A DNA stretch of 64,000 nt from Ptychomitrium polyphyllum. Lineage: Eukaryota. Where the stretch lies: positions 19,778,001-19,842,000 of the forward strand of contig OZ316775.1 of NCBI GenBank assembly GCA_973851085.1, in the 5' to 3' direction. The notes under the pieces were generated by a model. That model was not told the origin of the DNA and ran no database searches. It was given only the letters and a program-made list of their open reading frames with translations. Positions 52,501 to 64,000 of the stretch are shown piece by piece. Each line of letters begins with the position of its first letter. Within the stretch, counting starts at the first letter, position 1. The translations under genes were made by a program, and so were the position numbers.

Positions 52501-55500
52501 TTTTTAATGTCAAAATGATGTTGCACATTAAAGTAGAGTTTGTCAAACTTCTTTTCTTTGAAACTATATTGAAATTAATTTGGAGTGCTTTCATATCAAG
52601 AATAATTATATACAATAAAATTGAAATATAATCAATGTAAAATACACTCTTTTATTGCTCAAAGGCTTACTTTTCAAAATATGAACCTTTAAAAGTTTCC
52701 TTCTTTTATAATTTTTTGAAATTCAATGAAGTTTATAAGGTCAATATTGAGCAAGATTTCTAGTTTTTGAAATTCATTTTCAAAATCCATCTATAAACCT
52801 TGGATAAATAGTCAAAATTAATTTCAATGGTACAATTTTTCTTTAATATGCTTGATTTTAAAAAATTTGAATTTAAACTATGTTAAGCTAAAATCACCAA
52901 GTTTAAATATACCGTAAATTTGGGCTTTTATGATTTCATAGACCTTTTAGTACAATTTTTCTTATAGCCAATTTTCATTTCAATATGTAGAATAGAAGGC
53001 CATGAAATTGTTGCATTAGTGATATTTGAACATGGTTTGATTGTAAATGCTTTTTTGACAATGTAGAGTAATGTGTATTGGTTAAGTACTCTAAGTAGTA
53101 CAATATACTAACATTCAACCTTCTATTAGAAAGGCATATAGAAAAATGTTTTCTTGAAAAGGGTTCATTAGGTACCACTGTCCCACCCAGGGCTGTGAAG
53201 CGCACGCACAAATGAAATAGCAAGTTATACTTGCAATGGATATCCTCCGTGTGCATGCTACCCAGCAAACCACTCTACAACATACTATTGATTTGCATTG
53301 GTCTCTCCAAGGCATGCTGCTCAAGTACAGACTCTCAACATGCTTTGATCTCTCAACAGATTTGCAAAATCTTGTTGTGAGAACATTTGTACATTCCTCA
53401 AATAGGGACTCTGCAGTGGAAGAACTGATTGTGATCCTTACTAAGCTTCTTAACCAACAACATTCAAGGAGTCAAGGGCTTCATGTTGTTTGTTGCCATT
53501 GGGCCTGTTGCAAGTTCATTTGGCTCAGGCTGCTTCAGGTTCCAGTGAAGGAAATCTAACTTTGCCTACTGACTGCTCTAGGCTGAATCCATTATCTAAG
53601 TCATTCTCGTGAACCAATGCCAGTTGTTGCAAATTGAAAACATTTTAATTTTTTTTTAAAATGTACATTTCAACGACCATTCATGTATTGTTGCTTATTT
53701 CAACTTAGCTGGCCTGTAGTGGCCACTTTCTTGTAGAAGCCACTTTCTTGTAGTGGCCCACTAGTGCCCCCACCTTCTCCAATGTGGCCTATGTTTATTC
53801 CCATAACAGACAATGGTATCTACAGGTCAATGTAGGCTTGGAACATGGCAGTGTTGAACAATATCAAGTGAAATACATAATAAATAGATAGTAAAGCCAT
53901 ATGAGTCCTCTGAATGGATTAGAATGGTTCAATTTCTTCTTACATTAGGGAGTGTTTATTGTTTCTCTTGGTAAATGTTTACAATTTGTATGGGAAATTA
54001 TTGAAATGAGTTTGATTAAAATTAAGACACGAGTTTCTACTTCTTGAAAAACATATTTGAAAAGTATATTCGAAAAATACTCATGATGTGTAATTTATGA
54101 GAACTCCTATTTTTTTTCCACACCAGCTTACTTTAATCCAAAACACGGGTTTTATAAAAATCTACAGTTTTCACTATTAATTAATTTGGATGCCTCACAA
54201 TTTTCAACTAGTTTCTTTGCCATGTTAATTATTGTTCTCGTTCACTAAACTATTTCTTAATTCTTGGGCTTGTCAACTAACACTTGGATGGTTTGGATTT
54301 TGACAACAATTTTGTCTTAATTTATTTGAATGTATATAATTATGAATGTTCTAATTGAAAGACTAAATATTTGAAAATAAAATTCTTTATTTTAATTACA
54401 GATATATTATAAAAATTTCCAAAGTTGAAAATTTCACATATAAATTTTATTAAATCAGAGATTGCCAACAACGCCAATTGAAAAATATCTGAATTTAGAT
54501 TTCATTACTTGTTCAAAAACAGTTAAAAGTATTGATGATACTGAAAGAGAATCAAATTGTGCAATTTTTTTAATATGACTTCAAAAAATACGCTTCGAAA
54601 ATGAGGTTTATAACTCATCTTTTTAAAATGTCAAAATTTTAAAGAGTCTTAGGCAATAAGACAGAACCTATCACAACCTGAGAAAAATTGATAAGACTAC
54701 GAGTTAATGCATCCATCTTAAACACACAGTCCCCAAGATGAAATCTACATACGCATATAGATTTGATTTGAGATTTGGATAATTCAAACCTTTTTGATAA
54801 ATTAAATTGTAAATAATTTAGGAAGCAGACAGCACACTCTGAAAGTGCAGGGAGCGAGTAATATGGAAACCTTCATTTCATGCTCGTTATCACTGAAAGC
54901 TAGGGATCCTCTCTCACCCATAGTGTCCGACTGACCTAGTGAGGGTAGGAATACCCCATTATAAGCAGAGAACCATGGCTAAAAGACTAGAAATCATCAT
55001 GTATATTATTAATTATTATTAATTACTAAATTCTTGTCATTTGGTGAGTGGAGGTTATGGTTGAGACCTCATGTAAATAGAATCATGGAGTGGTTACAAT
55101 AAAGAAATATAAATTTTTACTAGTTTTGGAAGAAAAATATTTAATGTACGTAAGCTTGATGTGTGGTGGTCTTTGAATGAGATTTGGTTGATTAGTGAAT
55201 TGATCTACTTGTGATTTTGACCTTTTGCAAAATTACTTTTAAAATTTATTAATTAATAAACTTTATAATTAATTCGTATATTAGTAGAATATTATGTTTT
55301 CAATTGCAGTGGGCTTCAAATCCTGTTTATACGATATCTGAACAATATTTGCAAAAGGAGATATTTGTTATTGCCGTAGTAATAGGTTCTTCCAACTTAA
55401 GGAGTTAAGTAATATACATTGTTAAAGCCTTCAAATAAAAGTATACTGTCACTTTTTTCTTTTTCTTTTTTAAAGAAAAAAACCTCCTTCAACACACGGT

Positions 55501-55701
55501 GCCTCCATTTGTAAACTCCACCTTGATTATTTTACATTTGTATTGATTTAATTTAATTTACTTAAGCAATGCCAATCTGTCCAAAGCTTGCCTGATCTGA
55601 CTTCAGCTTAGCTTCACTGATCTGATCAGACATGTTTCAAATGTAACGCTTGCACCCCCAACCCCAGGCTGCTACATTATTAGCATGGGCACACCTTTCA
55701 A

Positions 55702-55721
55702 AGGCTACTTGCAAGTAGCCT
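55702..55721. repeat. Perfect 20-bp palindrome AGGCTACTTGCAAGTAGCCT
   Basis: The sequence equals its own reverse complement. Confidence 0.9.
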
Positions 55722-57566
55722 GGACGTGCTCAAACGGCTCCCTTATACGGATGTTCACTTGGGCCTCCCACTTCAGCAGCTAAGTTACTGTCAGCAGCTA
55801 AAAGAAGGACACACAGCATGTGCCAACTTACAGTCAGAGCATCTCCACTGCAAGACTTGCTTATGATCAGGGAGAAGCCGGCAGTTTGGTTAGTTGTAAA
55901 TGAGCCAATTAATTTGATCATTCTCAAGCAAAAATTAGGCAAAAGACAGGTCTACCGCAGTAACATGGACTCCCAAACTTTTGTCATTGTCATTGCCAGA
56001 CAATTGCAGGCCACTGGGAGAGTGTCCACTTCATTAACACATATCCATTGGTGCTTGTTTTGGTTGTTGTGTAGATTGTGGTAAAGGTACATGATTCTAT
56101 GGTTACCATCTTCCCATGGCAGTCATCTATGAAACTTCTCCGTTAGCATCATGTAAACGTTAAGAGTGCATTAAAATGTGTAAATTTGAAGAGGTGATGA
56201 TAGGCTTAAAATATGGTGAGTTATGGAGTAGTGACAGTGCATCAGAAGGGTAAACATATTTAATTTTTAATGAAGAATCATGATGCTGGTAGTTCTGACA
56301 TGTTTTTAATAAGATTGAGTAGGTTTTGTAAACATAAGATGACAACCAAGTGTTGATTTTATAATGGTTATAGAATGTCGGTGGCAACAAGTTTTGAAAA
56401 GTTTGTAACTGATTCATGCAATATCATCAACCTATGAATACACTTCCATTCTTCTCTAAATCTTTATCTTACGACTAAAAGGTATTTTTATAAAATTTCA
56501 ATCACTAGAAGATAGCTAAATCCTTATTGTGGTAGTAATGGGTTCAATTAGCCAGTATTATTGATTTGTTCAAGGGTGAGTTACCTTGAATATTTTGATG
56601 ACATATAGAAGTTAGGGAATGACATTGAAATCTCAAGATTTGAGACCAAGCATTGCTCATAATTGTCTCATATGGGTATGAAATATTGCTCACTATATAC
56701 CGTATTTACATTGCATTGCTGTTCTCTGATTGCCAAAACGAAAATCAAATTATTGCAGATGGTGCATGTGTAGGGTGGGCAAATCTCAACTTTAGAGTTG
56801 GAAATCCTATTCCTCGTGGATTTGATGTGGCCAGTAGTCAGCTGGGTACTAAAGGGTTAAGATTCAGTGGTTGAGGGCTTTGCAAGGGTAGGCGGCTGAA
56901 TTGCTCTAGGGTGGCTGTGAGGATGGCTGCCACTTTCCCAAGGTGTGGCCTTTCAGGTACTTGTAGCACTTTTTGTGTAACTTTTAATTCACACGCCACC
57001 CCAATGGGGGCTTCACTGTTTGAGACATGAACAGATGTGTTCGTTGTAACCTTGGCAAACCATACATAACAAAACTTTAGTAGAACAAGATTTTGGCAAA
57101 CCATACATCATTCCTGACAAACCATACAGAACTTAGACTTTGGCAAACACGTTTAAATATTGTAGTAATCTTTACAATTTGGCTACTTATACTTCATTTT
57201 TATGTTTTTTTCAGTTTGAGATTCATCATTCATGAAATTTGAATATTTATTTTTGGAGGGGGGGGGTTTTATTTCAAATTTTTTTCTGAGTTTTTTATTA
57301 TCTCTAAAAATAATCTAAGTTTGCTGATAGGACAATGTTAAAAAAATCTATAAAATGATAATGGCACCTTCAAGCAAACTCCTAGATTATCTTAACACTT
57401 TTTATAATTATTTAATCAATAGAAACGTTCAAATAAAAAGTATTATGCCTAATTACATGTACAATTGTAAAATAAAACATATAATCATACCTTTCTTGAA
57501 AGTCTTAAATTTTATAAATATTATAAAAGTATTTGGTCTTTTTGAAAGTAATGATACAAAGACATG

Positions 57567-57590
57567 TATTTATTTGGTACCAAATAAATA
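57567..57590. repeat. Perfect 24-bp palindrome TATTTATTTGGTACCAAATAAATA
   Basis: Self-complementary. TGGTACCAAATAAAT is repeated immediately downstream (57596-57610). Confidence 0.9.
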
Positions 57591-58945
57591 TTATCTGGTA
57601 CCAAATAAATGGTTGTACTAACGAATTGTACAAATAAATACATTTGTGTATTCTAAATTGTTGAAATCTCTACTATAGGAATTGTAAACTTATTAGCTTG
57701 TTCAATGTACCAAGCATTATTTTTATATTGTTTTTTTGATATTTTAAAAGTTTTATTGCATTGAATCTTTACTGAATGTTCTTTATATAAGTTAATAAGG
57801 ACCATAGCATTTAATTTTACTTAATGTAAAACCAACTAAATGATACTAATATTCTCCACTAATAAAAACTTATTATTTCTTTAAGTTCTATTTAAAAAAT
57901 CTAAATGTTAGTAAGTTCTTAGTTGCAATAAAAAACAATAAAGCATTGTTCTATAAGTATATAGATAGTTGTAGTTTCAAGAGAAATGAAGTATTGTAAA
58001 ATAACAATATGGTACTTATTACTTGAATGGAAAACATATATTAAATTTAAACTTCATTTCTTTCCATACAACAAGTGATAAAAAATCTTGTGGTAATGCA
58101 ATGCATGTAATGCAAAAAGTAAGGAGAAATTGTAAATTTTATAATGTGTAAAGAGAAATCAATGAAAATTTGAATCTTTTGTATAACTAGTTTATGCAAG
58201 TTCATATCAACCATCACAAATCATTGACACTTGCTATCTCAGATGCATATAATTAAAATGAAATGAAGTAGCATATCATATTTGTAAGGCAATCTTGATA
58301 TTAAACAATTGTTTATTTGGAAAAAACACAGAACATTGCTTACTTGATTGTTCTGTAAATTTTCATAAAATATAAAGTACTAACAAAATTAATTAATTTT
58401 TTGGCAGTGAATTGCAAACAATGTCTTTAATATTAAAATAGTATGAGTTCAAATTATTTTGTTTTAGTAAAGACCAAAGAATTCAAGTCGTACAGATGTG
58501 TAAATTTTTGAAGATTTCAATTGTATTGTTTTTAAAGTTTCAAAGTATATATTCATACAATTCACAAAGCATTTTTTTATATAAATGAATAGGTAAAAAT
58601 ATTTTATAGTATAAAATAATTTATAGTATAAAATAATTTATAGCAAAGTCTTTATTATGGTTATTTGTAAATCTAATGTCACGCACATAGATCATGCAAC
58701 ATAGTTTTAAAACCTTCTTAAACCTTCTAGTAGTAGTGTCTTAAAATACTTTCAATGTTTTCATAACCGTTTCCACCTCCTTGGAAAACTTCCAAGGAAG
58801 ATTCTACCACCTTAAGAAACTTCCTATGAAAATTCTACCTCTTTTGAAAACTTCCTAAGAAGGTCTTTAACACCCAATCCTATTCTTTTCTAAAATCTCT
58901 TGTGTTTTCACTTCTTTTTTTATGCCATTTGTGATTACAATTGAA

Positions 58946-58949
<4 letters not shown>

Positions 58950-59004
<55 letters not shown>
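58950..59004. repeat. (TA)n microsatellite, ~27 units
   Basis: Uninterrupted TA run. Confidence 0.97.
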
Positions 59005-59005
<1 letters not shown>

Positions 59006-60894
59006 TTACTGGTTCTCATTTATTTTTTAAATTAAAGAAGATATTTAAAAAAAATTAATCTATAATATAATAAGATATTAATTGAAAGTTATTTGAATTT
59101 TGGTGGACAATATCAATAGGTTATAAAATAGATAATGAGTTTGTTACAAGAATTGATTCCCTCGAATGATTTATACATCATATGCATTTAAAAGGTTCAT
59201 TTTTGAAAAATGAAGTGATATAAATGTTTTAGGTTTAGAAGAATGCTTTAGGGATTTAATATGAATATTTTTGATAAAGTTCTTAATTATATTAAAGTAT
59301 TTTATATGATTTATGATCTACAAATTTTTAATTTTTTTAGGAATTTATGTTGACTAGGTTCTAAAATCAAAGACCTTAGTTAAAAAATGTTAAATGCTTT
59401 TTGTAGGCATGATTTTTGAGTTAAATTTTTTACTTTAAGAATGAGGTGGTAGTACATTTGAAGGCATTGTAGTGGAAAGGAAGAATCAATGCTATAAATA
59501 ATGCATAAATAATTGTAAAGAAGTGAAATTCATTGCAAAGGAGACTGCCACTGAGATAAATTATAGAGCTTTATTATGAAATCATATAGTTCATTTAATA
59601 TACAACAAATTTTATAAAATGGTTTTAAATGTATATGAAAAGACATAATACATATGAAGGTTTTTATAAAGTGCATTTGATGTTTTATAATAATTTATTG
59701 GTGCTAGAAGGTCGTTGGATATCTCTGCAATTCCACGAATTTTCATCCATTTTGTTTGTGATCATAGAAATTGTAAAATAACATTTATTTCTTACATTTT
59801 TCTGCAAAATATGTTGTATTGGTTACAAACCAGATCTACCAACTAGATATACTTACCACTCAACAAGCCAACAACAACTACGAAATCCACTTTGTCACAC
59901 ATATATTCGCCACCATAAAAAATACTAAAGGTCATGGGAATTTATGGAATGAAAAACTCATTGTCCCCGTTAAAAAAATAAAAATAAAAATAAAAAGAAC
60001 AGAATGATCTAGCATGCCCCAAAAAATAAAAGAGAAAAAGAAAGTTGAAGAAATGGTCCTGTGTTACATATCGATAGTCAAGCACACCCAAGCTACTCAG
60101 GCTCCCGGTAGTCCAGCAACCAGGTTCATAAGGGGTCTAGTGTCTCCAGTGATCTATAACCCTGACACACTCATTTATAGCAGAATCTAAACGCAGGTAT
60201 GAAAATGAGCACACTTGAAAGAGCAAATCCAAATCATCGTCAATCACTTCATTTCCAGGCCCCGGCAGTTTGCAGCGCCCCTCTGACTGTACCTTCGGCA
60301 TATATGACGCTTCGCAACCAGCACTCACTAACTTGAACGAAGCCGATCTTTAGTTTTAATCATCATAATCGGATCTCATGCAACGTGCTGGTTTACCGAG
60401 ACAACAAGACCAGAAACGTGGACCGGAGCCTCCTGTAAGCTATCCATGGCAAACTCCAGATTACATTTTCCTGTTTCTAGTAGGGTCACCTACTGAGGAG
60501 AACTAGTTGAAACCTTGTCCCATGTAATGAAATTTCTTTCGTCTGTGTTAAAAAGAAAGAAAGAAAAACAGAAAGCAGAAAAGAAAAGAAAACAGACTCC
60601 AGATTGGCACCTGTGAAGGGTTGCACTCCAAGTCAGTCGTAGTGTTGCAGAGTATTTGAGTGATTAATTACATCATTGAAATCAGATCCTGCAGAGAGGT
60701 TGATTACCTGTTGGCACACAAGCTTCTTTACTCTCTGCGCCTGGCCCAGGCCTCTTCTCTGTGGTTTGCAACCAATACTTCTGACATTAAATTATTATAT
60801 GCTACTGTCTAACAATATGGGTTGCATCCATTGAACGTTGAGGCGCTCCGCAACTTGGAACGTATCCGTAAATGGACAGATCTATGGAGCTCAG

Positions 60895-63800
60895 CTAATT
60901 CTCTCCGTCACTAATGTATGGGCAGGATCCATCATCCACGTTGGCCAGTGGGTCAAAGAACGGCGATTCCGGGTCGGTGCAACCAGGGACAATATCCAAG
61001 TCACATCGATCTCCCTGAACAAGGACAGCAGAACAAAATGAACGATATTGTAAGCATATATAAGAGGGACTTAATAACGCAATCAACAATGAACAAGCTT
61101 GACATAGAATGCAACCAATACGAAGTACCTCTACTGAAACACCATTATAATTGAGTAGACCACAACCCGAGTCCTATACTTGCCGGTCAGCGAAACTAGA
61201 AGCTCATATTACATACCCCTTGCTGGATCATTCCTGCTGGGAAAGCACAACGATCTTGAACGAAGACAGCCTCGGGATAAATTGCTCCTTCGCAGGCTCC
61301 TTCATGTGCCAGCTCCTTCGCAAGCCCCTGTTCGCCACACACACACGTTAGTTCGAACTTAATGATGTGATTGACGTTCAATTACTCTACCAAGGATTAA
61401 GTTCCGTTCATCTCAACAGTGCCACTGTAATGAATGGTTTTTCTATTTCTGCCACTCAACAGTGCCATAGAATGGATCTATATACCTCGTCAAAGTATCT
61501 CTGAGGCAAGCCTTTCAGCTTCGCAGGTAATTCCATGGTCAACTTGTAAGGGCCATCCCAGTTCGTTCCATCAGTAAAAGAGAACTCCAAGGTCAATGCT
61601 GCACACACCAAGACCCGTTGATAATGTTGATCCTCGAAGATACTTATGCACAGTAGGTGGTATAGAGGCCGGGATCTTAATAGGCTCCCCTTCCGTTCTT
61701 TAATGCCATTAATCATATATGTAAAACTTAAGAAAAGCCTAAGTAGCACAATGATCTCTACAACTGGGTATTGAAAATTGATGAACTATCACATACTACG
61801 ACAACCTACATCGATCAAGCTTCTATTTTTAGAATCCCCATCTTAAGCTACTGAAAAAACTCAACTTGAGTTGGCATACTATAGACTGATCTACATATCC
61901 GTAATATGAAAGTTGCATTACAAATGATCTTAAATCAGACTAATTCCCAGAGCTTACCATGCAAAGGCATGTTGATTTTGATGGCAAATATGGGCTCGCA
62001 CTGGCTTCCCCGCTCCTTTCTTGTCATAACACGAGGCTCACCGCCACACATGATAGGTTGATTAAAACCCCCTGCACCAACGCCCAATGTAATCAGCCAC
62101 TCTACAGCGAATCTGAATGTCCTCTAGGACAGCTGTAAGGATGCGCTTCCAAGCGAAAGGAGGGGCAGTGTCGATGTACCATTAAATCCAATTCCATATT
62201 CAGAATTAGGAGTCAGCTCGCTAGCAGAAGGGTTGAAGTAAATAGTCAGCAATTGCCCCTACAGGAATATTCACACCCTCCACCAATTAATTTAATATCA
62301 CTAACAAAAGGGGTGTAAATGGCACTCCGATCCTTTACAAATAAACAAAAAGAAAAGGCGTCATTTTGTAAAATTTAACAGGATAGGTATCATTAGCTGT
62401 TCAACAACACTATCTTTGTTCACTACTAAAGCACACAAGTATCTCTTATAAGGACGTTTACTACTAGTGTGCATACTGAAGAACTTGAGCTTTGCAATCA
62501 GAGCCTCTACCAACGTTTGTTGCTATTGCTTACAGAAGTCGGTGGTCGGCCATTATGGGTATCCCAAAAAACAGTGGCGCGCCCCATCTCAAAATCTGCC
62601 CACGTTGGTAACTTGTACCTGCTAGGATAAACCCTTACTGCTCAATATGAAATTCAACCCCAGTGGAATGTTTTAACTCTACCTGCTCACATCAGATGTG
62701 ACTTTCTATACCCTTCAGCCTTTAAACTTAACCTCAAAATGAAGACGAGAATCACATCTTACACAACGAGAAAAACAAGAGATGGAGTCTTAAATTCTAA
62801 CTGCATAACAACTCGGCAAGAAGGAATTGCTTGAGAAAGAAGTCATGATGTTTTTGAGATCCAGAAAGGTCGGTTGTTAACCAAGGTTTTGCACATACTC
62901 TTTCACGCCAGTATTTACAATAGCTGTCGCAGTGACCATTCGTGGCATTCCTTTCGAGTTCTGTGAGCACACAGCTTTTGCCCCAGGTGCTAGATTCACT
63001 CCATGGAAACGAGACACTGCATGCACCGTCTCAAAACAAAACAAGTCTCAGAATATTGACTCACATGTTAGAACGGCTCCAGCGTCAGAACTACTTGACC
63101 CGAAAATAAGAACATCATCCCATACGCCAGATCATTATCAATTATAATTCCAAATGTCCACTAGCGCTGCTTCCAAGATCCTTGACTATCAACATTGCGA
63201 TTCTTGGCTGGGGGCACCACGTAACCCTTGAGAAGACAAGGATAAAACCCTCAAAACATGCATCATGGAGTGTTCTTCCAATGAAGATAAAATCTAGAGC
63301 TTCAACCACACGGTGGAATGTAAGGCTATACTAAGTACTAAACAAGAAGTCTCTTCCGATACGTTGGAACTTGGGCTCTAGAAGGAACTGATTTTAAAAG
63401 GACATAGCCTAACCTTATTCGTTCGATATCCAAACAGCGCCACAAACTGTCCTGGATTCTAGAGTACATGATCATCACGAATTCCAACAACCTCCTCTCA
63501 AAACCTCGCTCCTTCTCCACATAGTACAAAAGTCTGCTACCTAGGTTTTTCCTAACCCATTTACCCTAAATTTTGCAAGGAAATATTCAGAGGAGCGCAG
63601 CGGAATCCACCCTTCTCCACAAAGAAAGCAATTCTAGTATCCTCCCAGAACCATCGCACGAATCCACAAAATTCTAACAAAAACCTCGTACCATTCAGCA
63701 AAAGCATCCCCATATACTAAACCTCCACCCCCATGCAAACAAGACATCAGATCAAAAATCCCTTAAAAACTCCCACATCATCACCCCAGGTTCACATCCT

Positions 63801-63950
63801 ACAGGATCCCGGAGCACCCAGCTCAACATCACAAGATGATCAGAGTCCGAAAGCATACACACCCAGAGTAGGCCTCCGCTGAGTCCCGGCTGATTCATGG
63901 CCTGTGGCGGCAGAAGCGATGAGCGAGGACCAGCTTGCGATGGTGGCCAT
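60895..63950 (-). CDS. PIFI: PIFI-like (post-illumination chlorophyll fluorescence increase) chloroplast protein, 8 exons, 275 aa
   Basis: Exons 63950-63863, 63016-62899, 62618-62534, 62258-62180, 62071-61958, 61598-61486, 61327-61217, 61014-60895. All introns GT-AG; 828 nt in frame. Protein includes [69 protein letters not shown] and [32 protein letters not shown], matching Arabidopsis PIFI as I recall it. Confidence 0.92.
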
Positions 63951-64000
63951 GGCAGGTTGGCAGCGCCCCTGTGCTCCCTAGATCTCTCGCTCCTCCGAAC

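Noticed and set aside
53719..53753. Small tandem duplication GCCACTTTCTTGTAG (similar ones near 24008-24042, 51053-51103 and 58604-58643)
   Set aside because: These are ordinary replication-slippage duplications with no evidence of function.

Overview
Eukaryotic nuclear DNA with GT-AG spliceosomal introns, very probably from a moss. The type III PKS closely matches the Physcomitrella-type CHS as I recall it; the species cannot be determined from sequence alone. Four genes reconstruct cleanly: (1) a two-exon CHS-like type III polyketide synthase (5901-4485, minus) whose Phe265 gatekeeper loop is rewritten; (2) an atypical HSPA12-like Hsp70 with an uninterrupted CDS (15168-13372, minus); (3) a 12-exon plastid enoyl-ACP reductase (FabI/MOD1-like, 29260-33223, plus); (4) an 8-exon PIFI-like chloroplast protein (63950-60895, minus). 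There is also a multi-exon orphan gene (22342-19140, minus), an LRR-receptor-kinase pseudogene (~24-25.3 kb) and other decayed gene fragments. Long, very AT-rich, probably TE-derived blocks hold a candidate solo LTR, a ~300-bp direct repeat pair, palindromes and microsatellites. No rRNA, tRNA or CRISPR was seen. I could not demonstrate a complete new multi-gene system. The best leads are the variant PKS, the HSPA12-like gene (possible horizontal origin, uORF control) and the orphan gene.
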